A stretch of DNA of 64,000 bases from Gammaproteobacteria bacterium (GCA_013289615.1 JABCZO010000005.1:54371-118370); one strand, 5' to 3'. Positions 10,712-20,385 are shown, counted from the stretch's first letter. Program-made: numbers and translations. Notes: generated by a model not told the origin, from the letters alone.

Positions 10712-12469
10712 TTGAAGAGCGAGCTCGAGCGTCTGCTGGCGGACGCTGTCAGCAGCCTGGTCGGCACTGTGTTACCGCAAGCCGTGGATCCGGCGTGGAT
10801 CAATGTCGAACGCGCGCGCGATGCCAGCCACGGCGACTACGCCTGCAATATCGCTCTGCGGCTGGCGAAGACGGCGCGGCGCCCGCCGCGCGAAATCGCC
10901 CAGGCGATCGTCGCCGCGTTGCCGCCCAGCCCGATGATCGCGCGCGCCGAGGTGGCGGGCGCGGGCTTTATCAACATTCACCTGGTAAGCGATGCCCACA
11001 GCGCCGTGCTGCGCCAGGTACTCGAGCGCGGCGAGCGTTACGGGGAAAGCGCCGCCGGGGGCGGCGAGCGCGTGATACTCGAATTCGTCTCGGCCAACCC
11101 GACCGGACCGCTACACGTGGGCCATGGCCGCCAGGCGGCATACGGCGCAACGCTCGGCAATCTTCTGCGCGTCACCGGCCACAGCGTGCACCGCGAGTAC
11201 TACATCAACGATGCCGGCCGGCAGATGGATATCCTCACGCTCAGCACCTGGCTGCGGTACCTGGAGGCCGCCGGCGCCACGCTGCCGTTTCCCTCGAACG
11301 GCTATCGCGGGGACTACGTGCAAGCCATCGCGGCGCAGCTCGAGCTGCGTCACGGCCGCGAGCTGCAGCGCTCGGCCGCGCAGGTGCTCGCGGGGCTGCC
11401 GCAGGACGCGCCGCAGGGCGACAAGGAACAGTACATCGATGCCCTGATCTCGCGCATGCGCGCGCTACTGGGGGCTGGCGGTTTCGATCAGGTGTTCGAG
11501 CTTGCGCTGGCAGCCATGCTGGCCGACATCGGCGACGACCTGAGCGCTTTTGGGGTCGAGTTCGACCGCTGGTACTCCGAGCGCGAACTGGCGCGCAGTG
11601 GCGCGGTCGAGCGTGCGCTCGGCGAGCTAGAGGCCCGCGGTGCGCTCTATCGCAAGGACGGCGCGCTGTGGTTTCGTGCCAGCCAGTACGGCGACGATGA
11701 GGATCGGGTGCTGGTGCGCGCCAACGGCCAGAGCACCTACTTCGCACCCGACATTGCCTACCACCTGCAGAAACGTGAACGCGGCTTTGAGCGGCTGATC
11801 GACGTGCTGGGTGCGGACCATCATGGCTACGTGGCGCGGGTGCGCGGCGCGCTGGTCGCCATGGGCGAACCGGGCGAGAGCCTCGAGGCCTGCCTGATGC
11901 AGTTTGTCAGCCTGTTTCGCGGCGGCCAGAGGATCCCGATGGGCAAGCGCGAGGCACAGTTCGTCACGCTGCGCCAGCTGCGTGAAGAAGTCGGCAACGA
12001 CGCCTGCCGGTTTTTCTATCTCATGCGCAGTCACGATCAGCAGCTCGACTTCGATCTCGAGCTTGCCAAATCGCGCACCAATGACAATCCCGTGTACTAC
12101 ATCCAGTACGCGCATGCACGCGTCGCCAGCGTGATGAAGCAGCTCGAGGCGCGCCAACTCCAGTACGATGCGTCGATGGCGTCGGACAATCTCGCGCGGC
12201 TCGACAGCCCGCAGGAACAGGCGGCGCTGCGCGAACTCGCGCGCTATCCCGAATTGGTGCTGCAGGCGGCGCGCGCGCGCGCGCCGCACGCACTGGTGCA
12301 TTACCTGCGTGAGCTCGCGAACACTTTCCACACCTGGTACAACGCGTCGACTTTCATCGTCGAGGATGCGCCGCTGCGCAACGCCCGCCTGGCGCTCGCG
12401 CTGGGAGTGCGCCAGGTCATTGGCAACGGACTGGGCCTGCTCGGCGTGTCGGCGCCGGATAGCATGTGA
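10712..12469 (+). CDS. argS: Arginine--tRNA ligase
   Basis: It has the class I HIGH-type motif SANPTGPLHVGHGR, an overall length of 585 aa and a C-terminal anticodon-binding region. The start codon is TTG. Confidence 0.92.
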   Translation: MKSELERLLADAVSSLVGTVLPQAVDPAWINVERARDASHGDYACNIALRLAKTARRPPREIAQAIVAALPPSPMIARAEVAGAGFINIHLVSDAHSAVLRQVLERGERYGESAAGGGERVILEFVSANPTGPLHVGHGRQAAYGATLGNLLRVTGHSVHREYYINDAGRQMDILTLSTWLRYLEAAGATLPFPSNGYRGDYVQAIAAQLELRHGRELQRSAAQVLAGLPQDAPQGDKEQYIDALISRMRALLGAGGFDQVFELALAAMLADIGDDLSAFGVEFDRWYSERELARSGAVERALGELEARGALYRKDGALWFRASQYGDDEDRVLVRANGQSTYFAPDIAYHLQKRERGFERLIDVLGADHHGYVARVRGALVAMGEPGESLEACLMQFVSLFRGGQRIPMGKREAQFVTLRQLREEVGNDACRFFYLMRSHDQQLDFDLELAKSRTNDNPVYYIQYAHARVASVMKQLEARQLQYDASMASDNLARLDSPQEQAALRELARYPELVLQAARARAPHALVHYLRELANTFHTWYNASTFIVEDAPLRNARLALALGVRQVIGNGLGLLGVSAPDSM

Positions 12470-13059
12470 ACCGTCAACGACTCAGCGGCCGCGACTACAA
12501 GCATAAGCGGCGCACCAGCTTCGGCCTCGATCTGGCGCAGCTGTCGGTGTTCGCCATTGGGCTCGCCGCCGGTTTATGCGTCGCCGGCCTGATCTATATC
12601 GCCGATCATCACACTGCCGACACGCCGCCCGAGGCGACGCGCCCCACGCCGCGCAAGAGCAGCGCCGGGGATGCCGGCGCCGCCGCGGGCGCCGACGCCG
12701 CAACCACCGCAGCCGGCAGCGAAGGCAAGTACGACTTCTACCAGATGCTGCCCAAGTTCGAGGTGGTCGTGCCGGAAAAGGAGCGTGGTGCCCGGGTCGC
12801 ACCGGCCGCGCAGATCGACCGGCCGGGTATCTATTTCCTGCAGGTCGGCTCGTACCGCGACGTCGACGTGGCCGAGCGCATTCATGCGCAGCTCGGCAAG
12901 CTCGGCATCGACGCCACGGTGCAGCGCGTGGCGGTCGACACTGACGTCTGGCACCGGGTCCGCATCGGCCCGATCAGGGACCTGGCGCAGCTGAACCGGC
13001 TGCGCCAGCGGCTGCATGCCAGCGATCTCGACTCGCTGGTCATTCGCGTCGATCAATAG
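12466..13059 (+). CDS. SPOR domain-containing cell-division-associated protein
   Basis: GTG 12466 overlaps the argS stop. The protein has an N-terminal TM anchor (LSVFAIGLAAGLCVAGLIYI), an Ala/Pro-rich linker and a C-terminal SPOR-like domain (IYFLQVGSYRDVDVAERIHAQL...WHRVRIGP). Confidence 0.8.
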   Translation: MNRQRLSGRDYKHKRRTSFGLDLAQLSVFAIGLAAGLCVAGLIYIADHHTADTPPEATRPTPRKSSAGDAGAAAGADAATTAAGSEGKYDFYQMLPKFEVVVPEKERGARVAPAAQIDRPGIYFLQVGSYRDVDVAERIHAQLGKLGIDATVQRVAVDTDVWHRVRIGPIRDLAQLNRLRQRLHASDLDSLVIRVDQ

Positions 13060-13107
13060 CCGGACGCGCCCACAAGGCAGGAGCCTGAAATTCAGCGCCA
13101 ACCGCTG

Positions 13108-13173
13108 AGAGCTATCGAACCATAGGGCGAATTTTTTAATTACAAAAAATTCGCCCTATGGTTCGATAGCTCT
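13108..13173. repeat. Perfect inverted repeat with 30-bp arms and a 6-nt loop, AT-rich
   Basis: agagctatcgaaccatagggcgaatttttt (13108-13137), then aattac, then aaaaaattcgccctatggttcgatagctct (13144-13173). It lies between the convergent SPOR and GST genes, and no U-tract follows the stem on either strand. Confidence 0.9.
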
Positions 13174-13234
13174 GAGTGATTGCCACTGGACCCGGGCACG
13201 CTGCCGTGCGAGCGGCGTCGGGCGGTGCGCGTTG

Positions 13235-13876
13235 CTACTGCCCGCCGGGCGTGAAGAATGCCATGTGCGTGCTCTTGAACGCGGGCATCGCCTCGCAGCG
13301 CTCGACCAGTGCCGTGAGCCGTGGATAGCGAGTGACCAGGTCCACCGGGCGCAGCGCCTCGCGCAGGAACGTGTAGGCACAGCCGACCGTGATGTCTGCC
13401 TGGCCAAGGCTGTCGCCAATCAGCCATGGCTGCGCGCCGCGGGACGCGCAATAGCGCTCGAGCTCGCCCAGCCCACCGTGCATCTGCGTGCGGCAGCGCT
13501 CGAGCCAGGGCTCGTAGTGCTTGTCGGGCGGACGAAACGCCCGTTCGTACACCTGCTCGCGGCCTTTTTCGGCGGCGCCCATCGCCATCGCGATTTGCCT
13601 CAGGGCCTCGCGACGCTGCGGCCCGGTGGCCGGCAACAGCGCGCGCGTCGGCCCGACGCGATCATCCAGGTAGTCGAGGATCGCCGCCGATTCGGACAGC
13701 ACCGCGCCATCGTCGAGCACCAGCGTGGGCACCCGGCCCAGCGGGTTGTACTGGCGGATGCGATCGAAGTCCTTGCCGACCGACCAGTCGGCGTGCTCGT
13801 GGTCGATATCGAGCAGCCGCATGCTGATGGCCACTCGCCGCACGAACGGCGAGTCGAACATGCCGATCAGCAGCAC
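13235..13876 (-). CDS. Glutathione S-transferase family protein
   Basis: The thioredoxin-like N-terminal domain carries SPFVRRV...LGRVPTLVLDDGAVLSESAAILDYL, followed by a helical C-terminal domain. Confidence 0.85.
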   Translation of the reverse strand: MLLIGMFDSPFVRRVAISMRLLDIDHEHADWSVGKDFDRIRQYNPLGRVPTLVLDDGAVLSESAAILDYLDDRVGPTRALLPATGPQRREALRQIAMAMGAAEKGREQVYERAFRPPDKHYEPWLERCRTQMHGGLGELERYCASRGAQPWLIGDSLGQADITVGCAYTFLREALRPVDLVTRYPRLTALVERCEAMPAFKSTHMAFFTPGGQ

Positions 13877-13882
13877 CGGGCG

Positions 13883-15241
13883 TCACTCCTCGGCGCCATG
13901 GCCGATTTCTATGCCGAGCGAGCGCAGCTTGCGATACAGGTGGGTGCGTTCCATGTCCACCCGCTTGGCGAGCAGGCCGACCTTGCCGTTGCACAGCAAC
14001 AGCTGCTGCTGCAGGTAGGCGCGCTCGAACTGCTCGCGCGCCTCGCGCAGCGGCAGCGCCAGCAGGTCGTGCTTGACCAGCGGCTCATCCGCCGGCGTCT
14101 GCGCCGACAGCTCACGCTCGACTTCCTCCAGTCCGATCTCCTCCGGACCGCTGTTGAGCAGGAAGCGCCGGGTCAGGTTGCGCAGCTCGCGCCCATTGTC
14201 GGGCCAGGGGTAATTGCGCAGCCGATTCTGCGCCGCGACGCTGAAGCGGCGAAAACGCAGGCCCTCGGTCTCCGTCAGCGCATCGACATAGTGGCGCAGC
14301 AATTCCGGAACGTCTTCGGCGTAGTCCCGCAGCGACGGCACGCGCACCATCAGCACCGACAGCTGCGCATACAGGTCGCGGCGGAAATCCTCCGCCAGAA
14401 CCCGATTGACAATGCCGGGCCGCGCCGAGGAGATGATCCGGGTTTCCAGCGCCGCGGCCTCGCCGCCGGCGCGCACGAAGCGGCCGCTCTCGAGCAGGCC
14501 GCTCAGCAGCCGCTGCGTAGACTCCGGCATGTCCTCGATATCGCCGAGGAACAGCGTGCCCTTGCGCGCCTGTTCCAGCCGACCTGGTTGCGATGCATCT
14601 ACGCCCAGCAGCGTGGCGGCCGCGTTCTCCTCGCGCAGCGTGCGGCTGTCGACCACTACGAACGGGCCCGCAGCCGATGCTCCGGACTGATGCACGAAGC
14701 GCGCCATCTGTTCGCGATCGGTCCCGGACTCGCCCAGCAGCAGCAGCGGCGCGCTATAGGCCGCAAGGCGCATCAGCTCGCTGCGCAGCTGCGTCATCGC
14801 CCGGCTCCGGCCGACCGGCGCCATGACAGCGGACGCGCCGGCATTGACGAATTTGCCGCTTGGCCGGCGCGACTTGGCATCGAGCGCGCGTTCCACGGTG
14901 CGCAGCAGCTTTGCCAGCGACAGCGGCTTCTCGACGAAATCGTAGGCGCCGAGCCGGGTCGCCTCGACTGCGGTGTCGACCGTGCCGTGGCCCGACATCA
15001 TCACTACCGGGCAGGCATCGCTGGCCTCGTTCGACCACTCGCGCAGCAGCGTAATGCCGTCGGTGTCGGGCATCCAGATATCGAGCAGCACCAGGTCCGG
15101 CGTCTGGCGCGCGCGCGCGGCGCGCGCCTGTCCGGCGTCGGCTGCGACTTCTACCTCGTAGCCTTCTTCGGTGAGTATTTCCTGCAGCAGGCGACGGATG
15201 TCAGATTCGTCATCCACCACCAGGATTTTGCTGGCATTCAT
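13883..15241 (-). CDS. ntrX: NtrC-family response regulator (NtrX-like) with a degenerate AAA+ core
   Basis: The REC domain has LVLLDIWMPDTDG. The AAA+-homologous core has WPDNGRELRN and FRRDLYAQLSVLMVRVPSLRD. The C-terminus carries a Fis-type HTH (LLAKRVDMERTHLYRKLRSLGI). Its ATG overlaps the ntrY stop (ATGA). Confidence 0.75.
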   Translation of the reverse strand: MNASKILVVDDESDIRRLLQEILTEEGYEVEVAADAGQARAARARQTPDLVLLDIWMPDTDGITLLREWSNEASDACPVVMMSGHGTVDTAVEATRLGAYDFVEKPLSLAKLLRTVERALDAKSRRPSGKFVNAGASAVMAPVGRSRAMTQLRSELMRLAAYSAPLLLLGESGTDREQMARFVHQSGASAAGPFVVVDSRTLREENAAATLLGVDASQPGRLEQARKGTLFLGDIEDMPESTQRLLSGLLESGRFVRAGGEAAALETRIISSARPGIVNRVLAEDFRRDLYAQLSVLMVRVPSLRDYAEDVPELLRHYVDALTETEGLRFRRFSVAAQNRLRNYPWPDNGRELRNLTRRFLLNSGPEEIGLEEVERELSAQTPADEPLVKHDLLALPLREAREQFERAYLQQQLLLCNGKVGLLAKRVDMERTHLYRKLRSLGIEIGHGAEE

Positions 15242-17466
15242 GCTCGCTCCCTCCGCATTTCCATGCGTCGTTCCCCGCCGGCAAGCAATGTCCTATCCTG
15301 ATCGCTGACCGGAAGAAAGACCAGTATTCTCGCCCCGCCCTCGGGGTGGTTTTCCGCTTCGACTCGCCCACCGTGTTCTTCGACTATTCGTTTCACGATG
15401 GCCAGTCCGAGACCGGTACCCCGTGGCTTGCCGCTCACGTATGGATCGAACAGCCGGCCCAGCAGCTCCTTGCGGAACCCCGGACCGTTGTCGCGTACAC
15501 AGATTACAGCGGTAGCGGCCCCTTCTGCACGCTGTTGCATCGTACTGATCTCCACGCAGCCGCTGTCGACCCCGGCCAGGGCCTCGATGCCGTTGGTGAT
15601 CAGATTTGCCAGAATCTGGCGTACCCGCCCCCGGTCGGCTTCGATCTCGGGCAGCGCCGGATCCAGGTCGAGGCGGATCTCGGCGGTCGGATCCTGTAGC
15701 CGATAGAGCTCGGCGACCTCGGTGACCAGCTGGTTGAGGTTGAAATGCTGCAGCTTCATGTCCGGCGCGCGCGCGTATTCGGAGAACGCGTTGACCATCT
15801 GCTTCATCGCATCTACCTGCTGCACGATGGTATGTGTCGCGCGCTCAAGCACCTGTGCGTCCTCTGCATTCATGCCGCCGAGCAGCTTGCGTCGCAAGCG
15901 TTCCGCCGACAGCTGAATCGGCGTCAGAGGATTCTTGATCTCGTGCGCGAGCCGCCGCGCGACCTCGCCCCAGGCCGCATCGCGCTGGGCTGCGAGCAGC
16001 GCCGTGATATCGTCAAATACGATCACCACGCCGCCCAGCTCGCGTTCATCGGGCAGCCGTGTGCAGGCCCACAACAGCACCCGTTCCCCGGCTTCACCCG
16101 GCAGCGTCAACTGCTCGCGCCATTCGTCCCAGCCCGAGCTCAGGCGCGCACGCAGCTCGGCGATGAAAGTCGCAAAGCGCGCGGTCCCCGGCGGCAGTTG
16201 CGTCAGATGCTGCCCGGCCGCGCCGGCGAAGCTGCTGCCAAGGATCGTGCCGGCCGACTGATTGGCGCTGTGCAGCGTCAGCTCGCGATCGGTAACGATG
16301 ACTCCGGTTGACAGCCGGGACAGGATGATCGCCAGGCGCTCGCGCTCGCGCTCCACGGCCTGGCGGCTGCGCATGGCCTCTTCGCTCGCGCGCCGCAGCC
16401 GCTTGGTCATGTCGTTGAACGAGTGCACCAGCAGGCCCATCTCATCGCGCGAGGACAGCGGCAGGCGGGTGCCGAGATCGCCTTTACCGACCGCGCGGGT
16501 GCCGGCGATCAGATCCTGTACCGGTCGCGTCAGGCGCTGCGCCGAGTAGATCGCGCCGTAGATCGCCGCCAGCAGGGTCAGCAGCACCACCAGTGTCAGG
16601 GTCAGCCGGAAGCTTATTTTCAGCGGCTCGCGCACCGCTGACAGGTCTCCATACTGCGATGAGGTGCGCTGCACGCCCTCGGCCAGCGCCGAGAGCTCCT
16701 GCGGTACCTCGTAATGAATCAGCACGTAGCGTCGGCCGGCATGCGCCGAGACCGCGTCGGCGATCGGCGCGGCGGTCTCGATGCTGTATTGGCCGTTGGC
16801 AAGCGAAGTCAGGCTGACGTAACTGCGCCCCGCGGCCAGCTGCAGCGTCACCTCCGGCGGCGATGGCGCCGGCGGCTGCGCCAGCGGCGTCGCCGAGCTG
16901 ACGGCGGCGGCGCGACCGTAGGCATCGTAGATGGTGATTTCCTTGGCTTCGGTCGCGCGCCGCTCCTCGTCGAGCCGTTGCAGCAATGCCGGCCCCTGCA
17001 GCTCACGCAGCGAGCGCGCGAAGATCTCGGTGCGCCGCGCCTGCTCGCGCAGCCTCAGATCCAGTGCCGAGCGCGACAGCACCACCGCGTCATTCAATCC
17101 CTGCTTGATCTCGACCCGAAACCAGCTGTCGATGCCGCGATTGATGAAGTCGAGCGAGAACAGGTAGACGATCACCAATGGTGCGATGACCAGCGCACCG
17201 AACATCAGCACGGTGCGCATCGCCAGGCGCGAGCCGGGCACATGGTCGCGATAATCCCGGTACAGCTGCCAGAACTTGCGTGCCAGCAGCACCATCAGCG
17301 CAATCGCGCCGAGGATGTTGACCAGCAGGATCCAGGGCTGCCAGCGCGAGAACTGCGCCGAATTCTCGACACTGCGCGCCAGCAGCAACAACGCCAGGAT
17401 CCCCGCGGTGAATGCCGCCGCGGTCAGGATGCGGACGCCGAAGCGCCTTACAGCGTGAGCATCCAT
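15238..17466 (-). CDS. ntrY: NtrY-like sensor histidine kinase (TM-HAMP-PAS-HisKA-HATPase)
   Basis: It has a multi-TM N-terminus, a HAMP domain (RPVQDLIAGTRAVGKGDLGTRL...FNDMTKRL), the H-box LAHEIKNPLTPIQLSAERL, and N and G boxes (NLITNGIEAL; DNGPGF; GTGLGLAIV). Confidence 0.85.
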   Translation of the reverse strand: MDAHAVRRFGVRILTAAAFTAGILALLLLARSVENSAQFSRWQPWILLVNILGAIALMVLLARKFWQLYRDYRDHVPGSRLAMRTVLMFGALVIAPLVIVYLFSLDFINRGIDSWFRVEIKQGLNDAVVLSRSALDLRLREQARRTEIFARSLRELQGPALLQRLDEERRATEAKEITIYDAYGRAAAVSSATPLAQPPAPSPPEVTLQLAAGRSYVSLTSLANGQYSIETAAPIADAVSAHAGRRYVLIHYEVPQELSALAEGVQRTSSQYGDLSAVREPLKISFRLTLTLVVLLTLLAAIYGAIYSAQRLTRPVQDLIAGTRAVGKGDLGTRLPLSSRDEMGLLVHSFNDMTKRLRRASEEAMRSRQAVERERERLAIILSRLSTGVIVTDRELTLHSANQSAGTILGSSFAGAAGQHLTQLPPGTARFATFIAELRARLSSGWDEWREQLTLPGEAGERVLLWACTRLPDERELGGVVIVFDDITALLAAQRDAAWGEVARRLAHEIKNPLTPIQLSAERLRRKLLGGMNAEDAQVLERATHTIVQQVDAMKQMVNAFSEYARAPDMKLQHFNLNQLVTEVAELYRLQDPTAEIRLDLDPALPEIEADRGRVRQILANLITNGIEALAGVDSGCVEISTMQQRAEGAATAVICVRDNGPGFRKELLGRLFDPYVSGKPRGTGLGLAIVKRIVEEHGGRVEAENHPEGGARILVFLPVSDQDRTLLAGGERRMEMRRERA

Positions 17467-18026
17467 GTGTACCAGTCGGTGGTGCGATGCCAGTCATCGG
17501 TCCAGAACACCAGCGCACGCAGCGCGTCGGGCATGCGACCGCGGCGTACGCCGGCACGCACCGCGACCTCCCAGGGCGCTTCGCCGCGCAGCTGTGATTC
17601 GACCAGGATCGGCAGGTCCTCGATGCGGCCAAGCCGGTCGAGCGCCGCCTCGAGGGTCGGAAAGCTCTCCTGCTCGAGCCCCGCCTCACCGCGCAGCACG
17701 TAGCGGTCAGTCACCGCATGATAGGTGAGCTCGCGCCGCAGCGTCGTCTCCAGCACCGTGGCGTCGAGCCACAGGCGCCGGTGGCGGCTGATGGTGACCT
17801 CCAGGTCAAATGCCAGCGTGACCCCATCGCGCAAAGCACTGCGGATACGATCATTGATCGGATACTCGATGTGGGCGCTGAGCTGCAACACACCATGATC
17901 GACCACCACGAAGGCGGAGCGGATCTGAAAGTCGCCGGCCAGCGGACCGGCGCTGCGCGCGCCAAGCGGGGCGGCCAGTGCCACCAGCAGCACCAGAGCG
18001 ACGGCCAATCTGCTGATCGTTTGCAC
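17448..18026 (-). CDS. DUF4390-like secreted protein
   Basis: It has a signal peptide (MQTISRLAVALVLLVALAAPLGARSA). Its position between rsmB and ntrY matches the synteny I recall for this family. It overlaps the ntrY start by 19 nt. Confidence 0.7.
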   Translation of the reverse strand: MQTISRLAVALVLLVALAAPLGARSAGPLAGDFQIRSAFVVVDHGVLQLSAHIEYPINDRIRSALRDGVTLAFDLEVTISRHRRLWLDATVLETTLRRELTYHAVTDRYVLRGEAGLEQESFPTLEAALDRLGRIEDLPILVESQLRGEAPWEVAVRAGVRRGRMPDALRALVFWTDDWHRTTDWYTWMLTL

Positions 18027-18106
18027 GGCTACCTTAACGGACGAAAACTGTCGCGTGTCGTCGACGCGGCGCGCCGAAGAGCGCGGGGCAGTTGCTGGTC
18101 ACGCTT

Positions 18107-19435
18107 CTAAGTCACTGTCAGGCAAGCATAATAGAAGCCATCGGTCTGCGCCGCATTCCCCGGCAATAGCTGCACTCCGGTTGACCGCTGCACCACATCC
18201 GCAGGCAGCTGCACCCCGCCCGGCAGCGACAGCGCCTGAACCGCAGGTTCGGCAGCAAGTACCGCCTCGACTATGCGCTCATTTTCCGCCGGCAGGACCG
18301 AGCAGGTCGAGTACAGCAGCCGCCCGCCCGGCTTCAGCAGCCTAAGGCACTGTTCCAGGATCCGGCGCTGGGTCTGTGCCAGCGCGGCGACGTCGTCAGC
18401 GCGGCGCAGCAGTTTGATGTCGGGATGGCGCCGGATGACCCCCGTGGCCGAACAGGGTGCATCGAGGAGGATGCAATCAAAACCCTCCCCCGACCACCAG
18501 CTCGGGTCGTCGCGCAGGTCGGCGGTGATCAGCCGCGCCTGGCGGCGCAGCCGCTTAAGGTTATCTGCGATCCGCTGCACCCGCGCGCCATCGACGTCGA
18601 CGGCCGTCAATGACAGCTCACCATCCACCGCCTCGAGCAGCGCACCGGTCTTGCCCCCGGGTGCCGCGCAGGCATCGAGCACGCGCTCGCCCGCGCGCAC
18701 GGAAAGCAGCGCGCAGGCGAGCTGCGCACCGGCGTCCTGCACCGACACCCAGCCATCGGCAAAGCCGGGCAGCTCGCTCACCCCGGCCGGCTTATCGAGC
18801 ACCAGTGCCGTCGGCAGCCAGGGCGGCGCCTGCGCGCTCATGCCATGCTCGGCAAATCGGGCCTGGCAGCCCTCGCGCGTGGTGCGCGACAGGTCGACGC
18901 GCAGGCTCATCGGCGGATGGGCGTTGTTGGCCTCGATGATCTGCTGCCAGTGTGCCGGCCAGGCCTGGCGCAAGGCCTGCAGCAGCCAGGCCGGGTGCGC
19001 GCTGGCGGCGGCCGGCTCACGCAGCGCAGCTGCCAGCAGCGCCTCGCGCTCGCGCCGGAAGCGACGTAGCAGCGCATTGATCAGCCCGGTGGCGTGCGGC
19101 TGCCCCAGCAGCCGCGCCGCATCGACCGCCGACGAGACGGTCAGCTCCGGCGCGTTGCGTGAATATTCGAGCTGGTGCAGCCCGACCAGCACCAGCGCTC
19201 GCAGCGCCGGCGCCAGCGGCTTGCCCGCGATCAATCTCGCCGCGATCGCGTCGAGCCGCCAGTACCAGCGCAGCGAGCCGAGTGTGATGGCGCGGATAGC
19301 CGGGCGCTGCGCGGCGGGGGCTGCCCCGCGCAGCAGCGCATCCTCGGCCGAGCGTCCGGCGTAGGCCACCGCGGCCAGCGCCTTGGCACTTTCAGCCAGC
19401 ACCGTGGCCGCCGGGCCCGAGACCGGACTTTTCAC
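18107..19435 (-). CDS. rsmB: 16S rRNA (cytosine967-C5)-methyltransferase
   Basis: It has the SAM motif VLDACAAPGGKT and the catalytic Cys motifs DAPCSATGVIRRHPD and YSTCS. The start was set at GTG 19435, which overlaps the fmt stop (GTGA). The track ORF runs 86 codons further into fmt. Confidence 0.88.
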   Translation of the reverse strand: MKSPVSGPAATVLAESAKALAAVAYAGRSAEDALLRGAAPAAQRPAIRAITLGSLRWYWRLDAIAARLIAGKPLAPALRALVLVGLHQLEYSRNAPELTVSSAVDAARLLGQPHATGLINALLRRFRREREALLAAALREPAAASAHPAWLLQALRQAWPAHWQQIIEANNAHPPMSLRVDLSRTTREGCQARFAEHGMSAQAPPWLPTALVLDKPAGVSELPGFADGWVSVQDAGAQLACALLSVRAGERVLDACAAPGGKTGALLEAVDGELSLTAVDVDGARVQRIADNLKRLRRQARLITADLRDDPSWWSGEGFDCILLDAPCSATGVIRRHPDIKLLRRADDVAALAQTQRRILEQCLRLLKPGGRLLYSTCSVLPAENERIVEAVLAAEPAVQALSLPGGVQLPADVVQRSTGVQLLPGNAAQTDGFYYACLTVT

Positions 19436-20382
19436 CCGAAGCGAGATCCGGCCGGCGCGTGCCCGCTGGCGAACTCGGCCGCCGTCACGATGCGCCGGCC
19501 CGCCAGCTGCAGTGTCGTCACGGCGAGCCGACCCTGGCCACACTGGACCGTCAACCGGTCGTGAGAAATATCCAGCAGGGTGCCCGGCTGAGGTGGGGCC
19601 GCTGCCGTCTCGGCGGCCGCGAGATCCGCCGCTACCTGCCCCTCCCAGATGCGCAGCGGCTGCCCCTGCCATAGCGTGTGCGCCACCGGCCACGGATTGA
19701 AGGCACGAATCTGGCGCTCGATTTCCCAGGCAGCACGCGTCCAGCCTATCTGCGCTTCCGCCTTAGCGATTTTCGCTGCGTACGTAACCCCTTGATCAGC
19801 TTGGGGCTGCGCACGCAGCGTACCGGCCTCGGCCTGCTCCAGCGTCGCGATCATCAGGCGCGCCCCGAGTGGCGCCAGGCGATCGTGCAATTGCCGGGAG
19901 TTGGCGTCAGGGTCGATCGGGATACGTTGTTGAGCAAGGATCGGCCCGGTATCAAGGCCCGCCTCAATCTGCATGATCGTGACACCGGTTTCGGAGTCGC
20001 CCGCCAGCACGGCGCGCTGAATGGGTGCTGCACCGCGCCATCGCGGCAGCAGCGAGGCATGGACATTGAAGCAACCGAGTCGCGGCAGCGCCAGTAGCGC
20101 TGGCGGCAGGATCAGGCCGTAGGCCACCACCACCAGCGCCTCGGGCGCCCAGCTCGCCAGCGTCGCGCACGCCTGTGGGTCCTGCAGTGCGTTCGGCTGC
20201 GACAGCGGCAGCTGCAGCTGTTGCGCCAGCCGCTTGACCGGGCTTTCCTTGAGCGCGCGGCCGCGGCCTGCCGGCCGATCAGGCTGCGTCAGTACCCCGA
20301 CCAGGACATGGTGCGACTGCGCCAGTGCGCGCAGCGTCGGCACCGCGAAATCCGGCGTGCCGGCAAAGGCGATACGCAGCAT
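19432..20382 (-). CDS. fmt: Methionyl-tRNA formyltransferase
   Basis: It has MLRIAFAGTPDFAVPTL and HASLLPRWRGAAPIQ, and lies immediately downstream of def. Confidence 0.93.
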   Translation of the reverse strand: MLRIAFAGTPDFAVPTLRALAQSHHVLVGVLTQPDRPAGRGRALKESPVKRLAQQLQLPLSQPNALQDPQACATLASWAPEALVVVAYGLILPPALLALPRLGCFNVHASLLPRWRGAAPIQRAVLAGDSETGVTIMQIEAGLDTGPILAQQRIPIDPDANSRQLHDRLAPLGARLMIATLEQAEAGTLRAQPQADQGVTYAAKIAKAEAQIGWTRAAWEIERQIRAFNPWPVAHTLWQGQPLRIWEGQVAADLAAAETAAAPPQPGTLLDISHDRLTVQCGQGRLAVTTLQLAGRRIVTAAEFASGHAPAGSRFG

Positions 20383-20385
20383 GCG

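Noticed and set aside
13232-15301. A 689-aa ORF on the + strand, together with similar long antisense ORFs at 4764-5951, 8874-10658, 24575-25603, 25679-26656, 32515-34023, 38184-39284, 44666-45544, 45827-46933, 48336-50204, 53687-55207, 54207-55721 and 58711-60003.
   Set aside because: These are shadow ORFs opposite genes with unmistakable conserved motifs (GST/ntrX, pntB, priA, topA, zwf, GGDEF-EAL, kdpB, kdpD, RIO/mscS/M13, prlC). Their translations are Arg/Ala/Gly/Pro-rich low-complexity strings, which is typical of out-of-frame reading in high-GC DNA.
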